From positions 1 to 55,319 of the IMG/VR virus record IMGVR_UViG_3300036835_000046: a DNA stretch of 55,319 nt; one strand, 5' to 3'. The DNA is from a virus (lineage: Duplodnaviria > Caudoviricetes). The stretch's first letter is position 1. The number at the start of each line of letters is the position of its first letter. The position numbers and the translations under genes were made by a program. Below are positions 8,150-17,818 of this stretch, in pieces. The notes beneath the pieces were generated by a model. That model was not told where the DNA came from and did no database searches. It saw only the letters and a list, made by a program, of their open reading frames with translations.

Positions 8150-8392
8150 ATGGCATTCGGCCTGCGTACTGGCGACCATGTGGCCGATCTCGGTGGGCGC
8201 TATCTGACAGTGATCCTGTCAGGTGGGCTGCGCTCACTGTGTCGGCGCGACGGTGACAACGCCATCGACTACTACTACAACCACGATCTCGTCAAGCTGA
8301 CGGTGTGTCCTGGTTGTGGACATCTGACCGAACCCTACGCTCCGTGCGGCTCGCCGGAGTGTCACATTCGACCGGAGGACGACCATGAATAA
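8150..8392 (+). CDS. hypothetical protein with C-terminal Cys cluster
   Basis: CPGC...CGSPEC; tightly coupled to neighbours. Confidence 0.65.
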   Translation: MAFGLRTGDHVADLGGRYLTVILSGGLRSLCRRDGDNAIDYYYNHDLVKLTVCPGCGHLTEPYAPCGSPECHIRPEDDHE

Positions 8393-8774
8393 CAACTCGT
8401 TTGACAACTACGTCAAGGAGATCGAGGCTCGCGCCAATCCGGCCGAGCGTGAGATGCTGACGCAGGCTCGCAATCGCGCGATGATGGAGCTTGACGAGAT
8501 CGAGCGCCGCCAGCGCAAGCGCGAGATCGTGGAGGCGTTCGGCAAGCGGCTGGAGAGCGAGTTCCCGACCGGCGTCGTCTGGCTGGCCCCGCCGACGATG
8601 TACGGCCAGTGCATCCAACTGGCCTTGCCGGGAGGCTGGGACGTGACTATGATCCCGGCCAACGGTGAGGTCTGGGTCACACTGCCAAGTGGGAACCGCT
8701 TGACCGACGCGCCGGTCTACCAGCCCGACGACAACGACATGATCGCTTACATCAAGGAGAACACATCCGCATGA
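8385..8774 (+). CDS. hypothetical protein
   Basis: GGAGG RBS, codon bias. Confidence 0.75.
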   Translation: MNNNSFDNYVKEIEARANPAEREMLTQARNRAMMELDEIERRQRKREIVEAFGKRLESEFPTGVVWLAPPTMYGQCIQLALPGGWDVTMIPANGEVWVTLPSGNRLTDAPVYQPDDNDMIAYIKENTSA

Positions 8775-9031
8775 GCAGTGACATTCCCAACCGCAGCGGC
8801 GGCAAGACGCTGATGGATCGCCTCTACACAGTGGCGCTGGCCGTCGGCATCGACAGCAACAACCCCGAGGGCGGTGTCAATCATGACAGCGCAGATGACG
8901 ACATCATCGAGGTCATCTGTGACATCGCTCGCGGCAACCCCTTCAACCTGCCGATCCACATGGACCGGCTGACCGAGTACCAGCGCGCCACTGTGCTGCG
9001 CGCCTTCTACGACGGAGCGTACGACCGATGA
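8771..9031 (+). CDS. hypothetical protein
   Basis: ATGA overlap, codon bias. Confidence 0.7.
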   Translation: MSSDIPNRSGGKTLMDRLYTVALAVGIDSNNPEGGVNHDSADDDIIEVICDIARGNPFNLPIHMDRLTEYQRATVLRAFYDGAYDR

Positions 9032-9390
9032 ACACCACGCTTGACGGGACCGACCTGGACCTGTACTGCAACGAGATCGACGGCACGCTGCATCAACTGC
9101 TCGCGCCGATCACGTACCAGTACGTGCCTGCCGAGGGTCCCATCAAGGAGGGTTACACCGACCCGCCGACGCACTGTGTGCGGCTCGACCTGTCGGACAT
9201 CCCGTCCGATGACCAGCGGGTTGCCTTCTTGCTCATGCGGATGCTGCTCCAGAGCGCCAATTCGCTGACTGGCACGCTGCGCTATGACCTGTGCGCCGAT
9301 CACACCGACTGCCCGGAGCATGATGCTCACGTGCGCCGGACGGTCACGCGCATCCTTCACCGGCTCGCCAACTTCGACGGCAAGGACTGA
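9028..9390 (+). CDS. hypothetical protein
   Basis: ATGA overlap, codon bias. Confidence 0.7.
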   Translation: MNTTLDGTDLDLYCNEIDGTLHQLLAPITYQYVPAEGPIKEGYTDPPTHCVRLDLSDIPSDDQRVAFLLMRMLLQSANSLTGTLRYDLCADHTDCPEHDAHVRRTVTRILHRLANFDGKD

Positions 9391-9391
9391 C

Positions 9392-9583
9392 ATGCCCTGT
9401 ATCGACATCTACCTTGTCATCGTGGACAACGGTGACATCGAACCGGAACTGTGGGCCTTCCACAACGGCACGCAGGCCGAGGAGTTCGCTGCACTTCGTG
9501 GTGGTGACATCCATGATGTCACTGTCATGGACAGGCAGGCCGCCCAGACGCTCATCGATGAAGAAGAAGTGGAGCCGCACTAG
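9392..9583 (+). CDS. small acidic hypothetical protein
   Basis: AAGGA-CTGA-C-ATG junction. Confidence 0.65.
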   Translation: MPCIDIYLVIVDNGDIEPELWAFHNGTQAEEFAALRGGDIHDVTVMDRQAAQTLIDEEEVEPH

Positions 9584-9991
9584 ATGCACTGCGTCATCAA
9601 CCAGCACGGCGTGGCCTGCCTGATCGACACCGAGACGCGCTGCCGTGAGTACGCCGACAAGTTCGGCGGCACCGTTCACCTCTACGTAAGGACAAGCAAC
9701 ATGACACAGCCTCAGTTCAGCATCGGGGACCGGGTGTTCTCCCACTACACCAAGAACACCGCCGCCGGGGTGAGCGGGTGGGGAACCATCGCTCGCATTG
9801 ACACCACCTACCGTGACCAGAAACACGGTGTCACCGGCTCGCCGCTGCCCGACACCACGTGGTACGAGGTCACGTCCGACGAGGGTGCCACGCACCTGCT
9901 GGACGACGCCCACGGCAACTGGGACATGGCCCGCATCGTGCCGCCGCACATCGCCATGCGCTACGGCTACGGACCCGATCCCAAGCCGTAA
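9584..9991 (+). CDS. hypothetical protein; C-terminal SH3-like part may start at 9701
   Basis: FSIGDRVFSHY motif; internal AAGGA...ATG at 9701. Confidence 0.65.
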   Translation: MHCVINQHGVACLIDTETRCREYADKFGGTVHLYVRTSNMTQPQFSIGDRVFSHYTKNTAAGVSGWGTIARIDTTYRDQKHGVTGSPLPDTTWYEVTSDEGATHLLDDAHGNWDMARIVPPHIAMRYGYGPDPKP

Positions 9992-10161
9992 TGGAGCAGC
10001 GCGTCAAGTTCATTGCCAGCGGCTCGCTGGCGAGCTTCCGGCAGACGCTCCAGACAGTCGCCAACATGATGACGGAGGATGGTTTTCGGATCACCTCCAC
10101 ATCAACCTTCGTCAACCCCAGCTTCTACTACGCGACCATCGTCGCAATCAAGGAGGACTAG
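9991..10161 (+). CDS. small hypothetical protein
   Basis: TAATG coupling; ends in an RBS-bearing junction. Confidence 0.6.
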   Translation: MEQRVKFIASGSLASFRQTLQTVANMMTEDGFRITSTSTFVNPSFYYATIVAIKED

Positions 10162-10165
10162 CAAC

Positions 10166-10456
10166 ATGCTTGCCAGTGTCACACAGAACCTCATCGTTCG
10201 AGTCAGCCCCGTCAACACGCCGCTCAAGGAGAACGGCTGGGGTGAAGTGCTCGGCTACTACCGGGCCTATGTCGCCGGTGGTGACAACGACGAGCGGGTG
10301 TTCATTGCTGCCGAGTCGGAGACGATGCGTGGCATCGTACCGATGACGGTCGGCTATGGCACCCACGCCACGGCCCGGATGGCGGTTCTCAACGCCATTG
10401 ACGACTACGAGAGCAAGTTCGGCCCCATCGCGGTGGCCGACACCGACAACAACTAG
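10166..10456 (+). CDS. hypothetical protein
   Basis: AGGAGG RBS. Confidence 0.75.
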   Translation: MLASVTQNLIVRVSPVNTPLKENGWGEVLGYYRAYVAGGDNDERVFIAAESETMRGIVPMTVGYGTHATARMAVLNAIDDYESKFGPIAVADTDNN

Positions 10457-10468
10457 GAGGACACACTC

Positions 10469-11071
10469 ATGGAGAACGAGAACCCCATCGACATGGCGCA
10501 GGTTCGCGCCAACGTCGTCCAGCGCATCCTCGACAAGATCAAGGCGCGTGACAACCTGCGTGGCTTCGTGTTCAACGTCGAGCACTCGCCCGACATCGAC
10601 AACGTGGGTCGCCGTGACTACAACGGTGACATCGTGGCGCTGTCGGTGCTGGCCGAGAGCACGGCGTTCCACATGGAGAACGACATGAACCTGGACATCG
10701 AGCAGTTGGGCTTCCTCATCGCCCGCGATGTCATCCAGCCGATGCTGCGCGACGACGACGGCTCGCCGCACCCCACCGAGGGTGCGGTCGTCTGGATCAC
10801 CTCCAACCGCTACATGCCTCCCTGGCGCGATCTGGAGGACGTGGAGGCGATCTGGCAGGCCGAGGGCAATGAGGACGGCTATTGCAGCCATCTGATCGAG
10901 CGGATCGAGGAGGTGTGTGGCAATCAGCTTGGCTTGTTCATCGCCACGCCCGACTATGACAACGCGCTCTACGCGGTCGATCTGAAGGTCTGGGAGTACA
11001 TCGACCCGGACGACCAGGAGCACGATCCGTCCGACCTCAACGACGAGTGGCGTCGGATCGAGGACGAGTAG
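10469..11071 (+). CDS. acidic hypothetical protein
   Basis: AGGAGG RBS; Asp/Glu-rich C-terminal half. Confidence 0.8.
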   Translation: MENENPIDMAQVRANVVQRILDKIKARDNLRGFVFNVEHSPDIDNVGRRDYNGDIVALSVLAESTAFHMENDMNLDIEQLGFLIARDVIQPMLRDDDGSPHPTEGAVVWITSNRYMPPWRDLEDVEAIWQAEGNEDGYCSHLIERIEEVCGNQLGLFIATPDYDNALYAVDLKVWEYIDPDDQEHDPSDLNDEWRRIEDE

Positions 11072-11103
11072 TAACAACCCGCAATCCTGACAGGAGGATT
11101 CAC

Positions 11104-12519
11104 ATGTCACATCACATCCCTTGGCTTCAGGCCGAGATCAAGCGTGCCCGCGACCCGCGTGGCCGTGGCCGCAAGCTCCAGAACAACACCTACCTGCGTC
11201 AGTTGGAGGACGGCTCGCTGGTCGTCCGCCTCCATGCCACCGACATCGTGACTGTCACTCCGGATGGCGACTTCATCCTCCGCAGCGGCGGCTATCACAC
11301 GAACACGACCAGGGACCGGATCACCTCCTACTCCCCGATGACGTGGCGCACGCTGCTGTCGGAGCACGGTGACTGGTACGTGCGGCTGACGCCGGACCCC
11401 AGCGATCCGCGTCCGGAGGTCGTCCACCGCTCCGTCTGCAAGCCCTATACGGCCGACAACCCCGGCGACGAGCCGGTCAAGTCGAGCGCGGGCTGCATAG
11501 CGGGCGACCTGCTGGCCGTCCCGCACGTCAACGAGAAGCTGCACATCTTCCGCAAGGACATGCAGGCGGGCGATGTCATCGTCTATGACAATGCGGTGGA
11601 GAACGGCCGCGAGCCGGACAAGTACGACTTCATCGACATCGAGCGGTCGTGGGTCAGCCACGTCTACTACGGCGAGTCGGCCCAGTGCTACCAGGACGAC
11701 GGCTGGGGCATGCTGGATGACAACAGCAACCCTCACAGAAGCTCGTTCGTCAACGACGACGGTGAGACGGTCCAGTACGAGCAGTGCGCTCACTGTGCGG
11801 CGTTCGATCTGGTCCATGAGCAGTGGCGCTATGCCATGCACGGCGGTCGCTGGGAGCGGCGCTATGACCGCTGGCGCGGCTATGCCCTCTACGCGGCCAA
11901 CCTGAACCTGCATGGCAGCATGGAGGCGTGGCAGGCGGCGTACATCGAGGACTTCCGTGCCCGCCGTGCCTACCTGAAGGCCGAGCGTGAGTGGGACGAG
12001 CGCAATCGGGTGCCCTTCTATGAGGGCATCGTGGTTGACAGTGACGGTTACGCTCAGCGTGAGGGTGGCCCGTCGAAGGCCAAGCTCGACCGCCACAAGC
12101 GCGAGGTCGCCCGCATTCGTCGCGCCGTCAACAGGTTCATTGACGGTTACGTCAAGGAGCTTCGCAAGGGCACGATGCCGATGCCCAGCGGTGCCGACTG
12201 CTGGTATTGCTCGCTGCGTACGGAGAGCGGGCAGCCGATGGGTGACAATGCCCAGACGCTTCACAGTGACGGCACGGTGACGCGGGAGGTCAACACCGAC
12301 CACCTGTGGAGCCACATCGAGGAGGGCTACTACGTGCCGAGCCTCGCTGTCAACGCTCTGCGGGAGCGCGGTTACAAGGACGTTGGCATCTACTTCTGGC
12401 TCGACATGGACCAGGAGGCTGGCACGATGGGCAAGGCCAGCAGCGACTACAAGGGCTTGCGCCGCGACCTGCGCAAGTACATGCTCAAGCGGCTGCTGCC
12501 GACCGCACCGACCGCCTAA
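11104..12519 (+). CDS. large hypothetical phage protein
   Basis: AGGAGG RBS; N-terminal LHATDIV...SGGYHTNTTRDRI motif; C-terminal DCWYC. Confidence 0.8.
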   Translation: MSHHIPWLQAEIKRARDPRGRGRKLQNNTYLRQLEDGSLVVRLHATDIVTVTPDGDFILRSGGYHTNTTRDRITSYSPMTWRTLLSEHGDWYVRLTPDPSDPRPEVVHRSVCKPYTADNPGDEPVKSSAGCIAGDLLAVPHVNEKLHIFRKDMQAGDVIVYDNAVENGREPDKYDFIDIERSWVSHVYYGESAQCYQDDGWGMLDDNSNPHRSSFVNDDGETVQYEQCAHCAAFDLVHEQWRYAMHGGRWERRYDRWRGYALYAANLNLHGSMEAWQAAYIEDFRARRAYLKAEREWDERNRVPFYEGIVVDSDGYAQREGGPSKAKLDRHKREVARIRRAVNRFIDGYVKELRKGTMPMPSGADCWYCSLRTESGQPMGDNAQTLHSDGTVTREVNTDHLWSHIEEGYYVPSLAVNALRERGYKDVGIYFWLDMDQEAGTMGKASSDYKGLRRDLRKYMLKRLLPTAPTA

Positions 12520-12531
12520 GACAACGACAAC

Positions 12532-12559
12532 GAGGGGGCTGGCTACGGCTGGCCCCCTC
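12532..12559 (+). terminator. cUACGg hairpin
   Basis: GAGGGGGCTGGC-TACG-GCTGGCCCCCTC, intergenic. Confidence 0.5.
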
Positions 12560-12577
12560 ATCCCTACGGAGGACAAC

Positions 12578-13231
12578 ATGAACAACAAGTCACTTGACTT
12601 TCCGATCCCGCAAGACTTCCTCGACATCGACCCGGTGGCCGCACACTGGGTCGCTGCCCACCCCGGCGACAACCGCACGTACTTCGTGCCGGACACCGAT
12701 GTCCACAACGACATGACCGCTGCCATGATGTCGGAGATCCCCGGTCAGGACGACACGGTGACGCCGCGCGACCTCAAGGCGAGCCGCTTCTGGGGCTTCT
12801 GCATGAGCTACTTGATGCAGGACGGCAACCTCGCAGTGCCCGGTGGGCGCTACGGCCGCGACACCCGCGACTGCGCCGAGTTCGCCATCATCATGGCGCT
12901 TGTCATGCGCTACCACGGCGGCGAGCCGATCAGCTACTACCAGTTGAACAGCGACATGGGCCTCGTCGTCAACTCCAGCGACGGGGTGGCCGACCTGCTG
13001 AGCGAGAGCCAGTACATGATGGATGACATCGGTCTGGAGAGTGTCAACCTCAAGGAACTGCTCGGTGACGAGTACATCCCGCAGACGAAGCTCGAACGGC
13101 TCGCCAAGTGGGCCGAGGTCAGCATGGGCAGCGACGAGGACACCGTGACGATCACGTTCGATGAAGATGACGCCGAGCGGCTCGTCAGCGACATCATGGA
13201 TGGCAAGTTCATGGATCGGCAGGGCGAATGA
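12578..13231 (+). CDS. acidic hypothetical protein
   Basis: GGAGG RBS, codon bias. Confidence 0.8.
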   Translation: MNNKSLDFPIPQDFLDIDPVAAHWVAAHPGDNRTYFVPDTDVHNDMTAAMMSEIPGQDDTVTPRDLKASRFWGFCMSYLMQDGNLAVPGGRYGRDTRDCAEFAIIMALVMRYHGGEPISYYQLNSDMGLVVNSSDGVADLLSESQYMMDDIGLESVNLKELLGDEYIPQTKLERLAKWAEVSMGSDEDTVTITFDEDDAERLVSDIMDGKFMDRQGE

Positions 13232-13482
13232 GCCGCCACCTCCTGACCAACGAGAAGGGCGAGTGGGCGGTTGGCTGGGATCAGCCGCTCCAGTCCTTCT
13301 ACCTGCAACTGTACGACGAGAACCTGCCGGAAGATGACAACCCTGTCATCTGGGCCGGGGCCACGCGGGAGAGCCGCATGTATGAGGTCGATGACCTTGT
13401 GCGTGTCGCTCGCCGCAATGGCCTTGCCATCCCCTACAGCCTGCAAGTGACCCTCTACGGTGACAAGGACGACGGCAAGTGA
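13228..13482 (+). CDS. hypothetical protein (VGWDxPLxSFY motif)
   Basis: ATGA overlap. Confidence 0.75.
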   Translation: MSRHLLTNEKGEWAVGWDQPLQSFYLQLYDENLPEDDNPVIWAGATRESRMYEVDDLVRVARRNGLAIPYSLQVTLYGDKDDGK

Positions 13483-13655
13483 AGCCGACCAGCACCGTCA
13501 TCCACCTGTGGCTGCCCCAGAAGGGCTATGCCAAGGTTGGCGAAGCGCGGGCCTACGGGGCCTGTGGGACCAGCGTGGGGCGCTTCTCGCCCCGCATCGA
13601 GGAAGTCAACTGTTCGGCCTGCATCGAGGCCAACGACAAGGAGAACGACAAGTGA
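13479..13655 (+). CDS. small Cys-containing protein
   Basis: Hand-translated; GTGA overlaps at both ends; VNCSAC. Confidence 0.6.
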   Translation: MKPTSTVIHLWLPQKGYAKVGEARAYGACGTSVGRFSPRIEEVNCSACIEANDKENDK

Positions 13656-13819
13656 TCCGCATCATCATCACCGACGAGCAGGGCACGCTGTTGGGTGCCA
13701 CGACGCTCGACATGACCGACCTGAACGCCAACGGCCATCTGCCTTCCGTCTACGTGGGCGACAAGGTGAAGGCCGAACTGCCGACCAACACGGACGCGCT
13801 GAAGGCGCTGCTCGCCTGA
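13652..13819 (+). CDS. small hypothetical protein
   Basis: AAGGAG RBS, GTGA overlap. Confidence 0.65.
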   Translation: MIRIIITDEQGTLLGATTLDMTDLNANGHLPSVYVGDKVKAELPTNTDALKALLA

Positions 13820-13820
13820 T

Positions 13821-14210
13821 ATGCCACTCGACCTGAAGGACAAGGCACTCGACTTCGACGTGCTCTGGGACCAGGCCACCGACAACGCCGAATGCGATCT
13901 CGATCTCAACCTGCTTGACGAGAACGAGCAGGAGGAGTTCGAGTCGCTGCGCAAGCTCGCCAGCGAGGTCTGCAACATCGCTGTCGCTGACGTTGACAAG
14001 TACGACTTCGATCACGCGACCAACAACGTCGAGGTCGTGCGCGAGGACGAGTTCGAGGACTACGCCCGCGACTGGGCGAACGGCATCGAGACGATCCCCG
14101 ACCACTGGCCGTACGACCACATCGACTGGAAGGCCGCTGCTGAAGCGCTGAAGGCCGACTGGCGCGAGTTCGAGTACGACGGCTACACCTACCTGATCCG
14201 CGACATCTAA
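13821..14210 (+). CDS. ArdA-like antirestriction (DNA mimic) protein
   Basis: Very acidic; FEDYARD...WPYDHIDWKAAAEALKADW...YDGYTY resembles the ArdA C-terminal domain. Confidence 0.6.
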   Translation: MPLDLKDKALDFDVLWDQATDNAECDLDLNLLDENEQEEFESLRKLASEVCNIAVADVDKYDFDHATNNVEVVREDEFEDYARDWANGIETIPDHWPYDHIDWKAAAEALKADWREFEYDGYTYLIRDI

Positions 14211-14219
14211 GGAGACAAC

Positions 14220-14780
14220 ATGCCGGAACTGAATCTGAACGGCCGCAACGACATGAAGTTGCTGGCCGAGGAGGTCAAGACCAGCCTCCGTGGTGCCAAG
14301 ATCATTGGCATCATCCACGACCGCACCGAACAGGGCAGCCCGCGCCTCTACCACTACGGCGGGATGCGCTCGGCCGACAAGCTCAACTACTGGGAGGCGT
14401 GGTACGTCATCGCCTGGGAGCGTGAGGACCAGTGCGGCACGCACATCGGCCACGTCGATGCGTTTGGTCAGTCGATGCTGACGACCGGACACTATGACAT
14501 GGACCGTGGCAGGGCGCTGGAGGACATGCTGCGGCGCTCGAACACGCCGCTGCTGATCGCCCGCCAGCCCGACGAACCGGAGACGTTCGTCCAGCTTGTC
14601 ATCAGCGAGCGCGACTTCAAGGCCGAAAACGACGGCTCGGAGTTCACCGACGCCGATCTCGTCAGCTTTGCCAAGGAGGCCAACGACGTGGCTTCCCACT
14701 GGAACGGCTACGAGGGGTGGCGTGCCAAGCGGGGCGACAGGTTCGTGTTCGACCCCGACGAGATCCGGACGGGCTACTAA
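14220..14780 (+). CDS. hypothetical protein
   Basis: AAGGAG RBS, codon bias. Confidence 0.75.
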   Translation: MPELNLNGRNDMKLLAEEVKTSLRGAKIIGIIHDRTEQGSPRLYHYGGMRSADKLNYWEAWYVIAWEREDQCGTHIGHVDAFGQSMLTTGHYDMDRGRALEDMLRRSNTPLLIARQPDEPETFVQLVISERDFKAENDGSEFTDADLVSFAKEANDVASHWNGYEGWRAKRGDRFVFDPDEIRTGY

Positions 14781-14781
14781 C

Positions 14782-14991
14782 ATGGCCCGTACGACGCGCA
14801 CCTCTCCCGCCAAGCGGCGGGAAGCCGAGGCGGTGCAGGAGCTTCGTGACGCGGTTGACAAGGTGAACCGCGCCAGCAGCAAGTTCCGCGCCGACTCCAC
14901 CGCTACCATCCTGTCAGGGATGTTGCACGCAGCCACGGGGATCATCGACAACGTGGCTGACACAATCGAACAGCGAACCGAGGAGGACTAG
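14782..14991 (+). CDS. small helical hypothetical protein
   Basis: TAA-C-ATG coupling. Confidence 0.65.
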   Translation: MARTTRTSPAKRREAEAVQELRDAVDKVNRASSKFRADSTATILSGMLHAATGIIDNVADTIEQRTEED

Positions 14992-14995
14992 CAAC

Positions 14996-15460
14996 ATGGT
15001 TGCAGAAGACAAGCAGATCGGGTGGTTCATCACCAAGGTCCACGACGCCAGCGACAGCGAGCGGGTGGGCTACGGCCAGTCCATCGACACCGCCCGCAAG
15101 ACGATGACCAGCTACGAGATGATGTTCGGCCGCACGCTGTTCGTGGAGACGGGCCTGTCGCTTCAGGACATCCCGTATGACAAGCGGGTGAAGTGGCGCT
15201 CGTTCTCCGACGACGGCGACCCTGCCTATGACGGGGTGGTTCACATCGACTGGCTGTACCCGACCGACGAGTCGGAGAACGACACCCAGGACGACGACCT
15301 GGCCTACAACCTGGATAGGTTCTGCATGGAGGACTGGGGCGCGGTCCACGTCGCCTACAACATCGGTGACATCAAGCGGTGCCGTCCGGACCTGGCGGAC
15401 TACATCGACCGTCACTCGCCCTGTCAGTACGCCAAGGCGTACACCGAGATCTACGGCTGA
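14996..15460 (+). CDS. hypothetical protein
   Basis: AGGAGG RBS. Confidence 0.75.
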   Translation: MVAEDKQIGWFITKVHDASDSERVGYGQSIDTARKTMTSYEMMFGRTLFVETGLSLQDIPYDKRVKWRSFSDDGDPAYDGVVHIDWLYPTDESENDTQDDDLAYNLDRFCMEDWGAVHVAYNIGDIKRCRPDLADYIDRHSPCQYAKAYTEIYG

Positions 15461-15470
15461 AAGGAGCCGC

Positions 15471-15902
15471 ATGCTCTACGTCAACTACAAGCACATCCCC
15501 TTCTGGCAGGACAAGTTCCTGCTCAACACGCCCGAGGGCACCGTCGAGGACCCCTGGGTGTTCGTCGTCGGCATCCTGTCGATGCACACCGGCATCAACC
15601 GGATCACTCGCAAGAACGCGGCCGAGTTCTACAAGCGCGCTCGGCTGGTCGAGGCGTGCTACAACGGCGGCCTCATGCAGTCCGGCAAGGATGGCAGCCT
15701 CGTTGGCATCACGCCCGAGATCGTGGAACGCTTCATCGGTGTCACCACGAATGCCAGCAGCTACACCGAGCCGCAGTTCTACCGGCATCTGCGCGAGGAC
15801 GTGAGCGTGGAGCTTCGCCGCCACTACGAGGCGCGGATCACGGTGCTGGAGGACGAGCGGCGGGCCGCTGTCCACGCCAGTATCGCCACTGAGCAGGGCT
15901 AA
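15471..15902 (+). CDS. hypothetical protein
   Basis: AAGGAG RBS. Confidence 0.75.
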   Translation: MLYVNYKHIPFWQDKFLLNTPEGTVEDPWVFVVGILSMHTGINRITRKNAAEFYKRARLVEACYNGGLMQSGKDGSLVGITPEIVERFIGVTTNASSYTEPQFYRHLREDVSVELRRHYEARITVLEDERRAAVHASIATEQG

Positions 15903-15986
15903 CAGGGATCGTAGTCGGGTCGGACTTCCGCAAGGGGGTCCGGCCTGCTACGCTGTCCGCACTATCGAACCGACGGAGGAAACTAC

Positions 15987-17543
15987 ATGAAGTTCGTTCC
16001 GACAGGGGAACAGCTAAACGCCCGTCACAACGTGCTCGACGGCGAGCACACGGTCATGAGCGCCTACGCTGGCGCATCGAAGACCACGACTTGCATCTTC
16101 GTCAGCAAGTCGCTTGACACGGAGAAGGGCATGTACCTTGCCTTCAACCGTGACATCGCCACGGAGGCGAAGGGCAAGTTCCCCCGGCACGTCGAGTGCC
16201 GCACCACCCACTCGCTCGCCTTCCAGGCGGTCGGCAAGCACTACGTCAACGCCGGTCGCCGCATCCCCGGCCGCGACGTGCGCCGCCTGCGCATCGATGA
16301 GGTGTGCTACATCCTCGGCTTGCAGGATGGCTACAAGGGTGACAACGCCAAGTTCACCAAGCAAGGGCTGGCGTATCTCGTCAAGGAGACTGTCACTCGC
16401 TTCTGCTACTCGGCCGACACCGAGGTCGGCTGGCGTCACTTCCCCTATGTCAATGGCATGGAGAAGTGGAGCGAGACGGAGAAGCAGGAGGTGCGTTCCC
16501 TCGTCATCCACTTCGCTGGCATCTACTGGGCCAACACGATGCGCAAGAACGGCGACGTGGACTACGAGCACGACCACTACCTGAAGCAGTTCCAACTCTC
16601 GGAGCCGGTGATCGAGAAGGACTTCATCATGATCGATGAGGGGCAGGATACCAACCCTGCTGTCTTCGACATCTTCCGGCGACAGGGTGGGCACGCGCAA
16701 CTCATCATGGTCGGTGACTCCTACCAGAGCATCTACCAGTGGCGCGGAGCCATCGACGCCATGGCTGCCTTCGAGGAGGCCGTCAACCACGTTCACCTGA
16801 CCAAGAGCTTCCGCTTCGGTGAGGCGGTCGCCAACGAGGCGAACAAGTGGCTGAAGATGCTCGGCGCTGTCAAGCCACTTGTCGGCTTCGAGGAGATCGA
16901 GAGCGAGGTCTGCGAGCTTGACCTGCCGCGAGCGATCCTCTGCCGCACGAACGCTCAGGTGATCGCTGAGACGCTGGCAGCGCAGGAACATGACAAGAAG
17001 GTGTACGTGCAGGGCGGCACGTACGAGATCGAGCAGTTCGCCAAGGGTGCCCGCGATCTCATGCAGGGCCAGCCGTCCAACCATCCGGAGTTGATCGGCT
17101 TCAAGTCGTGGGACGATGTGGTCGCCTACGTCAACGCCGACAAGTCGGCCAAGGATCTCCGGACCTACGTCAAGGTCATTGATGACTACGGCGTGGAGAA
17201 GGTGCTGACGATCACCGAGCGGTGCGTGGACCGTGAGACGTACGCCGACGTGACGACCAGCACCGCGCACAAGTCCAAGGGTAAGGAGTGGGAGAGCGTG
17301 CGAATCGCCTCCGACTTCTCCGAGCCTGAGGATGACATGGAGACTGGCCAACCGGCCCGTCTGACCGAGAGTGAGATGCGACTTGCCTACGTGGCTGTCA
17401 CTCGCGCTCAGCGCCAGCTTGACTGCACGGCGCTGGAGTGGGTGGACCGCTGGGTGGCACGGTACGCCGCTGGCGAGCCGATCACCAAGTCGCATGACAA
17501 ACTGACCGAGCAGGAGGCCGCTCAGGAGGCGGCGACAGCATGA
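15987..17543 (+). CDS. UvrD/Rep-family SF1 helicase
   Basis: AYAGASKT (variant Walker A), LAFN, IDEGQD, VGDSYQSIYQWRGA, SFRFG, STAHKSKGKEW, YVAVTRA. Confidence 0.9.
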   Translation: MKFVPTGEQLNARHNVLDGEHTVMSAYAGASKTTTCIFVSKSLDTEKGMYLAFNRDIATEAKGKFPRHVECRTTHSLAFQAVGKHYVNAGRRIPGRDVRRLRIDEVCYILGLQDGYKGDNAKFTKQGLAYLVKETVTRFCYSADTEVGWRHFPYVNGMEKWSETEKQEVRSLVIHFAGIYWANTMRKNGDVDYEHDHYLKQFQLSEPVIEKDFIMIDEGQDTNPAVFDIFRRQGGHAQLIMVGDSYQSIYQWRGAIDAMAAFEEAVNHVHLTKSFRFGEAVANEANKWLKMLGAVKPLVGFEEIESEVCELDLPRAILCRTNAQVIAETLAAQEHDKKVYVQGGTYEIEQFAKGARDLMQGQPSNHPELIGFKSWDDVVAYVNADKSAKDLRTYVKVIDDYGVEKVLTITERCVDRETYADVTTSTAHKSKGKEWESVRIASDFSEPEDDMETGQPARLTESEMRLAYVAVTRAQRQLDCTALEWVDRWVARYAAGEPITKSHDKLTEQEAAQEAATA

Positions 17544-17809
17544 CCGACACCCGTTCACTGCGCGCCGCGATGGACAACCTGAGCGTGCTCACCAGCGGCG
17601 ACTGTGAACTGCGCGCCAAGCTCATCATCCATGAGCAGCATGGCACGTGGCTTCACATCAAGGCGCAGCTTCCCGGCACCGGCCTGTTCGTCCACGTCCT
17701 CTTTGACGAGGACGCGGCGCTGATGGCCATGACCACTGGCAAGGCCGACTCCGACGCCTGGACTCGGCTCCGTAGCGACATGGCCCGCAGGGGCTTCGAC
17801 ATCGACTGA
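17540..17809 (+). CDS. hypothetical protein
   Basis: ATGA overlap. Confidence 0.7.
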   Translation: MTDTRSLRAAMDNLSVLTSGDCELRAKLIIHEQHGTWLHIKAQLPGTGLFVHVLFDEDAALMAMTTGKADSDAWTRLRSDMARRGFDID

Positions 17810-17818
17810 GGAGACAAC

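Noticed and set aside
16059-16090. Helicase inactivated by a GK-to-SK Walker A change
   Set aside because: Lys-Thr and all other SF1 motifs are intact, and TerL shows the same SKT variant; insufficient to call a pseudogene.
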